Assembly: GCA_942492995.1 (NCBI GenBank)
Contig: OW818653.1
Location: forward strand, 1,920,001-1,952,000
DNA: 32,000 nucleotides
Direction: 5' to 3'
DNA from: an uncultured Erysipelotrichaceae bacterium
GTDB lineage: Bacteria; Bacillota_I; Bacilli_A; Erysipelotrichales; Erysipelotrichaceae
The position numbers and the translations under genes are program-made. Below, piece after piece: positions 1-9,027 of this stretch (the first letter of the stretch is position 1; every line of letters starts with the position of its first letter). The notes under the pieces are model-generated. The model worked only from the letters and a program-made list of their open reading frames with translations, was not told the DNA's origin and searched no databases.

Positions 1-1068
1 AATGCTCAATTTGCTTTCTCACATGGTATATCTAGTTCTGAATCAACCGGTAGTTTAGTAAAAACAATGAAGATTGAACATAATTTATTCGCATTACGTG
101 AACGAAATAATCCATTAAGTATTTTTAATGAAAAAGCTGCACAAATACAAACTCAAAAAATATTGAATTCTTTAGGTTTATTTGATTATAAAAATAAATT
201 AATACAGGATTTATCGGTATATGAGCAACAGATCGTATGTCTTGCAAAATCTGTTATTAATAATGCAAAAATTATTGTAGTCAATGATACATCTATGAAT
301 TCTTATGAAGAGAAGATGCAATTGATAAAAAACATAAAAACCTATTCTAAACAAGGAGTTAGTTTCATAATTATCTGTGATGAGAATGATGAGTCTATTT
401 ATCATGCTAATCGTATTCAATATATTTCAGATTCAAACCAAATTTTTGAATTTGAAGAAGTTAAACAATTTCTAGTTTTCTTAGATGATCAGAACTCATC
501 GCTAATGAATAAAAATATCTCACAAAGAAATAGTTCTCTTGATTTTTTAGTTCCAAATAGTATGGATGCTTTTAGATATGATGACGCAATTTTAGATATG
601 TGGTTATCTAAAAGGCAAGCGTATGAAATAACAGGAAATATAGATCGATATTTTATACCAAATTTTTCAATTAAAGAGAATATTTGCTTAGGCATTTATT
701 CTAAACTTACTACTTGGAGTATTTTAAACGAAAATCTTATCGATTTTACTTTTCTTGAAGCCAAACGGTTTGCGAATATTACTAACTCATCAATTAGTAT
801 AGATAAGTTGACTCATTTACAAAAATTACTTTTACTCATTTATCGTGTTTCATTACAAAATCATAAATTTATCATTTTAAACGACATCTTTAATGAAATG
901 GATGATTATGAATGGAGCCATCTTATTAGAACTTTGGAAGATTTGGTTGAAAAAAGAACAGTAATCTATTTTAAAAACTGTAATAGTCATTATTTCCGAA
1001 TAAAGTCATCCAATTTTTATCAACTTGACCGCAAGAAAGCAATAATGATAAAAAAAGACACCTTTTGA
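1..1068 (+). CDS. ABC-transporter ATP-binding-protein homologue with degenerate catalytic motifs in both nucleotide-binding halves; 5' end runs off the window
   Basis: Frame 1 is open from nt 1: NAQFAFSHGISSSESTGSLVKT precedes the listed Met at 67. It aligns by eye with the intact ATPase at 2190-3668. Signature: LSVYEQQIVCLAKSV vs LSTAQQQMVEIAKAI. Walker B: IIVVNDTS vs ILIMDEPS. H-loop: CDENDE vs SHRMDE. In the second half, LTHLQKLLLLIYRV and FIILNDIF correspond to LSGGNQQKVVMAKV and ILIFDEPT. No GxxGxGK(S/T)-like P-loop is visible for the second half. Confidence 0.55.
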   Translation, partial: NAQFAFSHGISSSESTGSLVKTMKIEHNLFALRERNNPLSIFNEKAAQIQTQKILNSLGLFDYKNKLIQDLSVYEQQIVCLAKSVINNAKIIVVNDTSMNSYEEKMQLIKNIKTYSKQGVSFIIICDENDESIYHANRIQYISDSNQIFEFEEVKQFLVFLDDQNSSLMNKNISQRNSSLDFLVPNSMDAFRYDDAILDMWLSKRQAYEITGNIDRYFIPNFSIKENICLGIYSKLTTWSILNENLIDFTFLEAKRFANITNSSISIDKLTHLQKLLLLIYRVSLQNHKFIILNDIFNEMDDYEWSHLIRTLEDLVEKRTVIYFKNCNSHYFRIKSSNFYQLDRKKAIMIKKDTF

Positions 1069-1081
1069 TAGAAATGGTTCA

Positions 1082-1111
1082 TTGTTTGCGATTAATCGAG
1101 AATACTATAAT
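1082..1111 (+). promoter_or_regulatory. Candidate sigma-A promoter for the ABC importer operon
   Basis: Perfect -10 TATAAT at 1106-1111. Weak -35 TTGTTT at 1082-1087 with an 18-nt spacer. AGGAGG RBS at 1135-1140 ahead of the ATG at 1147. Confidence 0.4.
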
Positions 1112-1146
1112 TTGGCCATAAAGTTATCTGACTTTAGGAGGAAAGA

Positions 1147-2115
1147 ATGAAGAATTTACTTAAATTAGTATTTGTTGTTGCTATGAGTATTGGTATGTTG
1201 ACAGCTTGCAGTTCAAATAATGCTCCTGTAGCTGAAGAAGGTAGTGGTATTTTTGGTGTAAGTATTATGACTTTAGGCGCAGAATTCTTTACTGGATTAC
1301 AATCATCCATGGAAAAAGTTTTCGGTGAAGAAGGATTTGAAGTTGTAACGGTTTCCGCTGAATTGGATGTTGCAAAACAGGTTTCAGATATAGAAAATTT
1401 GGTAACTCAAGAAGCAGAAGGTATTCTAGTTGGACCAATGGATCCAAACAGTTTACAAGATGCATGTATCGCAGCACGTGAAGCTGGAACAAAAATTATT
1501 ACATTTGTACCATTCGAAGATCCTGAAGCATACGATGTTTTAATTGGTATTGATGAATCTCAATTGGGCTTAGCTGCAGCTGAATTAGCCTCTGAATGGG
1601 TAGACCAAAAATTTGCAGAAAATGAAAATGCTAGTGTGACAACGATCTTGATCACATATCCTACAAACCCAAATGCTGTATTACGCGATGAAGGGTTAAT
1701 GACAATTGCTAATAATTTAAAAGTTAATCTTGTAAAGAATTACGAACTAGGTGCTGCAGATTCTGTGGATCGCGTTCAAGAGTTTATGGAAATTGCTTTA
1801 GCTGAATATCCTAATCTTAACTTAATCTTAGTACATGATGCATCATTTGCGATTGCTGCAAATGAAGTGTTAGCTAGAACTAGTGGAGTTGATGCTTCAA
1901 AAGTTGGTATCTTTGCGATCGGTGCATCTGAAGCTACTGTAAATGCAGTTGCTGATTCAAAAACCGATGCTTCTATGATCCGTGGTTTAGTTGCTTTAGA
2001 AGACATTGCTGAAAGTACACTAACAGCTTGGAATGCAATCAAAGATGGCACAGTCCCAGCTGATAAATTTATTGCTGGAAGTTATACAAAAATCAACGCA
2101 GAAAGTCTTAAATAA
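1147..2115 (+). CDS. Sugar ABC transporter substrate-binding lipoprotein (type I periplasmic-binding fold, RbsB-like); putative rhamnose-binding by context
   Basis: Lipoprotein signal peptide with lipobox MLTAC (MKNLLKLVFVVAMSIGMLTAC). IFGVSIMTLGAEFFTGLQSSMEK resembles the N-terminal sugar-binding strand/helix of RbsB-type proteins. First gene of an SBP-ATPase-permease operon, with a strong RBS. Confidence 0.8.
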   Translation: MKNLLKLVFVVAMSIGMLTACSSNNAPVAEEGSGIFGVSIMTLGAEFFTGLQSSMEKVFGEEGFEVVTVSAELDVAKQVSDIENLVTQEAEGILVGPMDPNSLQDACIAAREAGTKIITFVPFEDPEAYDVLIGIDESQLGLAAAELASEWVDQKFAENENASVTTILITYPTNPNAVLRDEGLMTIANNLKVNLVKNYELGAADSVDRVQEFMEIALAEYPNLNLILVHDASFAIAANEVLARTSGVDASKVGIFAIGASEATVNAVADSKTDASMIRGLVALEDIAESTLTAWNAIKDGTVPADKFIAGSYTKINAESLK

Positions 2116-2138
2116 ATCAATAAGGTTTATGAAATAAC

Positions 2139-2171
2139 AATTAGTGGTTGAGTTTCGCTCAACCACTAATT
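2139..2171 (+). promoter_or_regulatory. Intercistronic perfect stem-loop (14-bp stem, 5-nt loop) without a U-tract
   Basis: AATTAGTGGTTGAG (2139-2152), loop TTTCG, then CTCAACCACTAATT (2158-2171). It is followed by CAATGATGGAGG, not a T-run. It lies between the binding-protein gene and the ATPase gene. Confidence 0.7.
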
Positions 2172-2189
2172 CAATGATGGAGGTTTAAC

Positions 2190-3668
2190 GTGAAAGTTGT
2201 TTTAGAACTTAAGCATATAACAAAACTATATCCAGGTGTTACAGCCTTAAATGATGTTTCAATTAGTTTCAAATCAGGAGAAGTTCACTCGATCATGGGT
2301 GAAAACGGTGCTGGAAAATCAACAATGATAAAAATTATTTCTGGTGCTATAAATCAGAATGATGGAATTGTTGAAATTGATGGTGAGGAGTTTACAAAAC
2401 TGACTCCATCATTATCGAAAGAAAAAGGGATTGGTGTTATATACCAAGAATTTAATTTAGTACCTTCTCTTAATGTAGCAGAGAATGTATTTCTGGGTGA
2501 TCATATTGGTGGGAAGTTTATTCAAAATAAAAAGTCTATACATGAAAAAACTCAGAAGATTTTCCAAGATTTGAATGTGAACATTGATACATATAGTATG
2601 GTTGGGCAATTATCGACAGCTCAACAACAAATGGTTGAAATTGCTAAAGCGATTTCAAAGGATGTAAAAATCTTAATTATGGACGAACCAAGTGCAGCAA
2701 TATCGATAAATGATGTTGAGAAGTTGTTTTTAATCATCAAAAAGCTTCAACAAAAAGGTGTAACCATAATCTATGTTAGTCATAGAATGGATGAAGTATT
2801 TAGAATATCGGATTCAATTTCAGTACTTAGAGATGGTAAATATATCGCAACCAAGTCAATGAAGGATACAAGTCGAAAAGAACTTGTAAATCTCATGGTA
2901 GGACGTGAACTAACTGAATCATTCCCTCAGCGAAATATTGAAATCGGTGAAGTAGTTCTTAAAGCTGAAAATATCACCGGGAATGGTGTTTCAAATATAA
3001 GTTTAGAACTTAAAAAAGGTGAAATCATCGGTTTAGCAGGATTAATTGGTGCTGGTAGGACAGAGTTTGCTAAATTAGTTATTGGCGAAGCTAAAATACT
3101 TGAAGGTGATCTTTACATAAAAGGTAAAAAAGTTAATATTAAGAATTCTACTCAGGCTATTGATCATGGTCTTGGTTTAATTCCTGAAGATAGAAAAAGA
3201 GAAGGTGTATTTCTTGAATTTCCAATCGACTGGAATATAACACTAATGGGAATAAAGAAATTCAGTAATTTCACAATAATAGATAAGAAGAAAATAGATG
3301 AAGTGAGCGAGAAATATTGTAATACATTGCAAATAAAGACTCCATCATTAAAACAACTAACAAAGAATCTCAGTGGTGGTAATCAGCAGAAAGTTGTTAT
3401 GGCTAAAGTACTAGCATCTAATGCCGATATATTGATTTTTGATGAACCAACTCGAGGTATTGATGTTGGTGCGAAACAAGAAATATATAAATTAATGAAC
3501 AAACTTGTTGAAGATGGAATGTCGATAATTATGATTTCATCAGAGATGGAAGAATTAATCGGTATGAGTGATCGAATTGCCGTTCTACATGAAGGTAGGA
3601 AAACAGGTGATCTATTGAAACAAGAGTTTAGTCAACAAAGAATTCTAGAATTGTCATCAGGACTTTAA
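2190..3668 (+). CDS. Sugar ABC transporter ATP-binding protein, tandem NBDs (RbsA/MglA/CUT2 type)
   Basis: GTG start 6 nt after GGAGG (2179-2183). NBD1 has Walker A GENGAGKST, signature LSTAQQQ and Walker B ILIMDEPS. NBD2 has GLIGAGRTE, LSGGNQQK and ILIFDEPTRGIDVGA. Confidence 0.95.
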   Translation: MKVVLELKHITKLYPGVTALNDVSISFKSGEVHSIMGENGAGKSTMIKIISGAINQNDGIVEIDGEEFTKLTPSLSKEKGIGVIYQEFNLVPSLNVAENVFLGDHIGGKFIQNKKSIHEKTQKIFQDLNVNIDTYSMVGQLSTAQQQMVEIAKAISKDVKILIMDEPSAAISINDVEKLFLIIKKLQQKGVTIIYVSHRMDEVFRISDSISVLRDGKYIATKSMKDTSRKELVNLMVGRELTESFPQRNIEIGEVVLKAENITGNGVSNISLELKKGEIIGLAGLIGAGRTEFAKLVIGEAKILEGDLYIKGKKVNIKNSTQAIDHGLGLIPEDRKREGVFLEFPIDWNITLMGIKKFSNFTIIDKKKIDEVSEKYCNTLQIKTPSLKQLTKNLSGGNQQKVVMAKVLASNADILIFDEPTRGIDVGAKQEIYKLMNKLVEDGMSIIMISSEMEELIGMSDRIAVLHEGRKTGDLLKQEFSQQRILELSSGL

Positions 3669-3679
3669 GGGGCTGAAAA

Positions 3680-4669
3680 ATGAAAAATTTTAAAGTTAAT
3701 TTCGGACAATTGGTTCGTAATAATGTAGTTTGGGTTTTATTGTTTGTCATATCTGTAATATTTTCCTTTAATGCAGAGAATTTCTTTACCATTAGAAATA
3801 TTCTCAATATTCTAAACCAATATGCATACATTATTGTGGCTGCACTTGGTGTTGCTTTAATCATGATGTCAGGGAATATGGACTTATCAGTTGGTTATGC
3901 AATGAGTATAAATGGCGTTATTTGCGCAATACTACTTACTGAATATCATTTACCAGTCTATCTTATAATTATCATAAGTATTATTGTTGGGATGATTCTA
4001 TCAAGTTTTAATGCAATATTGAGTCAAATTCTATTAATTCCTTATATCTTTGTATCGTTTGGAACAATGGTTATTTATCAAGGTATAGCTTATGTATTGT
4101 CAAATTCAAGATCTATCAGCGGTTTCACTGATGCATATAAATATATTGGACAAGGTAGATTATTTGGTACAAATATCTCAGTTGCTTTAGTCATAACTGG
4201 AGTTTTATTAGCTGTCTTTGCCTTTATTATGAATAAAACTTATTTTGGTCGATATGTATTTGCATTAGGTGGAAACAAGGATGCTGCACGTTTAGCAGGT
4301 ATCAATGTTAAAAAAGTGGAATTACTAATTTCGTTATTTGCAGGTGCAATGTATGGCTTAGCAGCAATGATACAATCAACGCGAATTGGAGCGGCAACTG
4401 CATCAACATCAGTAGGCATTGAATTTACAATCATTGTTGGTTTGTTACTTGGTGGTGTTTCAATCCGTGGTGGTGAAGGTAAGATCAATGGCTGTGTTGC
4501 TGGTATTCTCATAATTGCAATTTTGGGTAATGGTATGGCACTAGCTGGCTTGAATATCTACTTCCAGTATGTAGTTAAAGGTTTAATAATGTTAACAACA
4601 ATTGGTATGGATACTTACCAACATAATAAGAAACAATCAAGTAAAAAACTAATAAAAGCAAAAGAGTAA
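3680..4669 (+). CDS. Sugar ABC transporter permease (RbsC/AraH-type)
   Basis: Polytopic hydrophobic protein. ALGGNKDAARLAGINV matches the conserved RbsC-family cytoplasmic loop (E. coli RbsC has ALGGNEAATRLSGINV). AAGGGG RBS upstream. Confidence 0.9.
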   Translation: MKNFKVNFGQLVRNNVVWVLLFVISVIFSFNAENFFTIRNILNILNQYAYIIVAALGVALIMMSGNMDLSVGYAMSINGVICAILLTEYHLPVYLIIIISIIVGMILSSFNAILSQILLIPYIFVSFGTMVIYQGIAYVLSNSRSISGFTDAYKYIGQGRLFGTNISVALVITGVLLAVFAFIMNKTYFGRYVFALGGNKDAARLAGINVKKVELLISLFAGAMYGLAAMIQSTRIGAATASTSVGIEFTIIVGLLLGGVSIRGGEGKINGCVAGILIIAILGNGMALAGLNIYFQYVVKGLIMLTTIGMDTYQHNKKQSSKKLIKAKE

Positions 4670-4692
4670 AAGGCATGATTAAATGCCTTTTT
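4670..4692 (+). terminator. Rho-independent terminator after the ABC importer operon
   Basis: AAGGCAT (4670-4676), 6-nt loop, ATGCCTT (4683-4689), running into TTTTT. Confidence 0.7.
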
Positions 4693-4729
4693 AAAAAGTT
4701 TAACTAAAAAGGTAACGTATGGTGAAAGA

Positions 4730-7054
4730 ATGAAATTCATAGACGGATCATGGATCGTATCAAAATCACATTTCAATCAACAGAAAAATAAAGCAGTTCT
4801 ATGTACTTATAAAAAGGAAATAGAAATTGAGAGAATAAGTTCGAATTACATAATTGCGATTAGTGCAGATTCAAAATATAAGTGTTATATAAACGGTGAA
4901 TTTGTATGTTACGGTCCTCAAAAGGGAAATCAGACAGAATGGTTTTGCGATTCGGTTGATATAACGAAGTATCTAGTACAAGGTACAAACAGTATTGTTA
5001 TTACGGTTCTAAGTTATCCTAATAAACATTTCAATGGTAATCATAGTTTATTTAGAACAAACACACCTGGTTTGTTTGTTGGATCATTGACCAAAGAAGC
5101 GTCTATCTTTGTGACGGATACATCTTGGAAAGCATATAATCATTTAACTGAAATTTACGCGGAAGATGAGCATTTTGCGCCTTTGTTTATATTTGAAAAA
5201 GCTATAGGTTTAGTTGATACACAAATAATCTGGGAAAGTGTTCAAGTATATCACTCAGAAGAACAAGATGAAATCATAAAGCCGAGTTTCCTAAAAGAAA
5301 GAACAATTCCTTTTTTAACCAAAGAACCAAAGAAATTCGTAGAAGTATCAAGTTTAAAAAAGTCGATCTTCAGTGAAAACGAATGGAATGAGTTCCTTCA
5401 TTTTAATAGAAAGATTAATATACCTCCTTATACGAAGGAAATCATTGAAATTCATGCCGGAGAAGAAACTACCGGGTTTCTTAGATTGATACTTAGTAAA
5501 GGCAAAAATACAAAGATAACAATCTTAACATCTGAATGTTATGCTTATCCGCCAATAAAAAAAGAAAATGGACCTCTTTTTCCGGTCAAAAATGATCGTA
5601 CAGATTCAATAAATGGAACATTATTTGGATTTAAAGATTACTATATCGTAGCTGGAATGAATCAAGAAGTGTATGAACCTTTTTGGTTTAGAACGTTTAG
5701 ATATATTCAACTTGAGATTGTAACAGATTCAGAAGCTATGGAACTCATATCGATAGATTATCTTAAAAATCAATATCCACTAAATATACAATCAAGTATC
5801 CAAACATCAGATAACTCATATCATGATATTTGGGATATAAGCGAGAGAACCTTACGTTGTTGCATGCATGAGACATATGAAGATTGTCCATTTTATGAGC
5901 AACTTCAATATATTATGGATTCAAGAAGTCAAATTCTGTATACTTATGCAACTTCTATGGACGATAGACTTGCTAGAAGATGTATGAATGATTTCAAAGT
6001 AGCTAACAAGTTTGAAGGGTTGCTTAATGCGTGTTATCCGAATTTTGAAGAAAACATTATTCCTGGTTTTTCCATCTATTATATTGGGATGTTATATGAT
6101 CATATGATGTATTTTGGGGATGAAGAATTCCTACATGAACATTCAAAAACAGTTCAAAATATACTCGAATTCTACAAGAAACGAATTAACCACAAAGGTT
6201 TAGTTGCTAAAATTGGAGCACCTCTATTCGAAGATCGTTTATGGTCGTTTATTGATTGGACACCAGAATGGAATGAAACAATAGGCTCACCATCCGCAAT
6301 TCGATTTGGACCTATTACAATGGAAAGTTTGCTTTATCTCATGGGTTTACAATATGCTACAAAGATATTTGAGTATTTAGATATGGTTGAAATTTCAAAT
6401 AAATATAGAGAAGATAATCTTTCACTTAAACAAGCCATTAGGAACTATTCAATGGATAAGGATGGGGTTATAACTGACGGACCTGATGTTTCTCTCTATA
6501 GCCAACACTGTCAAGTGTTTGGAATCTTGACTGGAGTTATCAGTCAAGATAAAGGTAGTACATTACTATTAGAAACGTTTAATAATAAAGAAAAATATAC
6601 ACAATGTTCAGTTGCTTCGATGTTTTATCTCTTTAGAGCTTTAGAAATCTGTAAGCTTTATGATCTTACTGACAAACTATGGGATTCTTGGCGAGTCATG
6701 ATTAAAAAGAATCTAACTACTTGTGAAGAGGATAGTGTAAACAGTCGCAGTGATTGTCATGCTTGGGGAGCACTAATGCTCTATGAGCTACCAAGTTCGA
6801 TTTTAGGTGTGAAACCATACGATACTGGGTATAAAACAATCGAAATAAACCCACATTTTTCAACGTTAGAATGGGCTAAAGGGAGTGTTATCACTCCACA
6901 TGGTTTAGTTGAAGTTGACTGGAAGAAAGTCGATATAGATCACTATAAAGTTAATGTGAGATTACCAAAAGATATTGATTTAGTGTTATGTAATGATAAC
7001 GAAAATATTGAGTATCAAGTATATATTGAAGAGAAAAGAGGAGAAGAATTATGA
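4730..7054 (+). CDS. GH78-like alpha-L-rhamnosidase (six-hairpin glycosidase), cytoplasmic
   Basis: The N-terminal segment ISADSKYKCYINGEFVCYGPQKG...ITKYLVQGTNSIVITV resembles the rhamnosidase N-domain pattern. EDCPFYEQLQYIMDSRSQ and SDCHAWGALMLYELPSSILGVKP resemble conserved blocks of the GH78 catalytic (alpha/alpha)6 domain. No signal peptide. Adjacent to rhaBAD. Confidence 0.7.
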   Translation: MKFIDGSWIVSKSHFNQQKNKAVLCTYKKEIEIERISSNYIIAISADSKYKCYINGEFVCYGPQKGNQTEWFCDSVDITKYLVQGTNSIVITVLSYPNKHFNGNHSLFRTNTPGLFVGSLTKEASIFVTDTSWKAYNHLTEIYAEDEHFAPLFIFEKAIGLVDTQIIWESVQVYHSEEQDEIIKPSFLKERTIPFLTKEPKKFVEVSSLKKSIFSENEWNEFLHFNRKINIPPYTKEIIEIHAGEETTGFLRLILSKGKNTKITILTSECYAYPPIKKENGPLFPVKNDRTDSINGTLFGFKDYYIVAGMNQEVYEPFWFRTFRYIQLEIVTDSEAMELISIDYLKNQYPLNIQSSIQTSDNSYHDIWDISERTLRCCMHETYEDCPFYEQLQYIMDSRSQILYTYATSMDDRLARRCMNDFKVANKFEGLLNACYPNFEENIIPGFSIYYIGMLYDHMMYFGDEEFLHEHSKTVQNILEFYKKRINHKGLVAKIGAPLFEDRLWSFIDWTPEWNETIGSPSAIRFGPITMESLLYLMGLQYATKIFEYLDMVEISNKYREDNLSLKQAIRNYSMDKDGVITDGPDVSLYSQHCQVFGILTGVISQDKGSTLLLETFNNKEKYTQCSVASMFYLFRALEICKLYDLTDKLWDSWRVMIKKNLTTCEEDSVNSRSDCHAWGALMLYELPSSILGVKPYDTGYKTIEINPHFSTLEWAKGSVITPHGLVEVDWKKVDIDHYKVNVRLPKDIDLVLCNDNENIEYQVYIEEKRGEEL

Positions 7055-9000
7055 TTCGCAATTTTCCGAATTTAAGTCGTCCTATCCAAATTGGGAACGT
7101 ATATTTTAGAAATCGTATGTTTGGTGCACCGATGGGAGGTACAGATATTACGAAAGATTGTACAATTGGGCTAAGAACGATAGCTTTTTATGAAAATCGA
7201 GCTAAAGGTGGCGTATCTACTGTAACTGTGAGTGAGCTTGTCGTTCACCCTAAAACAGAAGCTTCACATATGTATCATCTTGATTTAGAAACGGTTGATT
7301 CATTAACAAGTTTTACTTACACAGCCGATGCAATTCGTAGACATGGCGCAATAGCTAATGTTGAATTATCGCATTCAGGACAGTTTGCAGGAACATATTC
7401 AATAGATAAAGAAAGAAAAAACTCACTTGTTCAATGGGGTCCAAGCGAAACTGTTCGAGCTGATGGTAAAAAAGTTCATGAACTAACTATTGAGTTAATT
7501 CAAGAAATTGTAAACTCATATGGAGAAAAAGCAGCGCTCGCAAAAAAAACTGGTTTTGAAATGGTCATGATTCATGGTGGACATGGCTGGTTAATTAATC
7601 AGTTTCTATCCCCATTTTTCAATAAAAGAGTTGATCAATATGGCGGATCTCTTGAAAATAGGGTTCGCTTTGCGATTGAAGTTTTGGATTCTGTTAGAAA
7701 AGCAGTTGGACCTGGCTTTCCAATTGAATTTAGGCTTAGTGGTTCTGAATTTTTTGATGGTGGATATGGTCTCGAAGAAGGTATAGAGATCGCTAAATTA
7801 ATTGAAAGTAGAATCGACTTGCTTCATGTGACAGCCGGGAGCTATCAAAAGGTATTTGGACGAACCCATCCTTCAATGTTTTTACCGCACGGACCAAATG
7901 TATATTTAGCAGCTGAAATTAAAAAACATGTTAGTGTTCCTGTCGCAACAGTAGGTGGATTAAATGATCCAGAGAAAATGGAAGAATTAATCGCAACTTC
8001 ACAAGTCGATATTATTGAGATGGCTCGAGCTTTACTGGCTGATCCTGAATTACCTAATAAAGTTATGCGAAATGAAGAAGATAGAATCATATATTGTTTA
8101 AGGTGTTTTGTGTGTATGGCAGAACGTGTTGAAACAGGCACACGTCGTTGCACAGTCAATCCAGTTATTGGAAGAGAATTGGATGGTATGGAAATATTAC
8201 CTGCACGTCAAAGTAAGAACGTGTTAATAGTTGGGGCTGGTCCTGGAGGTCTTCAATCAGCCTATACTGCAGCTCGAAGAGGACATAAAGTTATTTTATG
8301 TGAAAAGAGTGATAAAGTTGGTGGAATTTTACTTGGCGAACAAGTAATTCCATTTAAATATGAAATGTATCGACTCGCATTATCACTTGAAAAACTAGTT
8401 ATATCAGAAGGTGTGGATATTCGATTGAACTGTAATGTAGATAAAGCGTATATCGAAAATGAAAATCCAGATGTTGTTATAGTGGCGGCAGGATCTAGAC
8501 CATTAATCCCGTCGATAAAGGGAATACAGAATGACAATGTAGTCTTAGTAAACGACTACCACAATAGAGTAAAAGACATTAAAGATTCAGTTGTTGTTTT
8601 AGGTGGTGGATTAGCAGGATGTGAGCTAGCAATTCATTTAGCAAATGAAGGGAAAAAAGTGAGGTTGGTTGAGATGCGTTCTGAATTATCTCCAGACGCG
8701 AACATTAGACATCGACCACTATTGATAGATGAAATCAAGAAATCGAATATCAAAGTTTATATGAAGCATAAAGGACTTGAAGTCAGTGAACATGGTGTTT
8801 TATGTATAGACCATGAGGGGAAACAAGTACTTATTGAAGGAGAGACAGTTATCTGTGCTTTAGGTCAAAAGGCAAATAGAGAAATTGTTGATCTACTCAT
8901 TGATTCTGCACCAGTTGTAAAATCAATAGGCGATTGTGTTAAGGTTTCAACGATTACAACAGCTATTTATCAAGGCCATCATGCAGCAATGGATATCTAA
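7051..9000 (+). CDS. FMN/[4Fe-4S]/FAD-dependent oxidoreductase of the Old Yellow Enzyme-FadH/2-enoate reductase family
   Basis: OYE block HGGHGWLINQFLSPFFNKRVDQYGGSLENRVRF. Cys cluster CLRCFVCMAERVETGTRRC (CxxCxxC...C). C-terminal Rossmann motifs VLIVGAGPGGLQSA and VVVLGGGLAGCELA. The start overlaps the rhamnosidase stop (ATGA at 7051-7054), with an AGAGGAG RBS upstream. Confidence 0.85.
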   Translation: MIRNFPNLSRPIQIGNVYFRNRMFGAPMGGTDITKDCTIGLRTIAFYENRAKGGVSTVTVSELVVHPKTEASHMYHLDLETVDSLTSFTYTADAIRRHGAIANVELSHSGQFAGTYSIDKERKNSLVQWGPSETVRADGKKVHELTIELIQEIVNSYGEKAALAKKTGFEMVMIHGGHGWLINQFLSPFFNKRVDQYGGSLENRVRFAIEVLDSVRKAVGPGFPIEFRLSGSEFFDGGYGLEEGIEIAKLIESRIDLLHVTAGSYQKVFGRTHPSMFLPHGPNVYLAAEIKKHVSVPVATVGGLNDPEKMEELIATSQVDIIEMARALLADPELPNKVMRNEEDRIIYCLRCFVCMAERVETGTRRCTVNPVIGRELDGMEILPARQSKNVLIVGAGPGGLQSAYTAARRGHKVILCEKSDKVGGILLGEQVIPFKYEMYRLALSLEKLVISEGVDIRLNCNVDKAYIENENPDVVIVAAGSRPLIPSIKGIQNDNVVLVNDYHNRVKDIKDSVVVLGGGLAGCELAIHLANEGKKVRLVEMRSELSPDANIRHRPLLIDEIKKSNIKVYMKHKGLEVSEHGVLCIDHEGKQVLIEGETVICALGQKANREIVDLLIDSAPVVKSIGDCVKVSTITTAIYQGHHAAMDI

Positions 9001-9027
9001 TGTTAATGGTGGTGAAAGGGTAAAAAT

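Noticed and set aside
1083-1100. Possible catabolite-responsive element (cre) overlapping the importer promoter (TGTTTGCGATTAAT)
   Set aside because: Only the TG...CG core matches the TGWAANCGNTNWCA consensus and several key positions disagree, so the support is insufficient.
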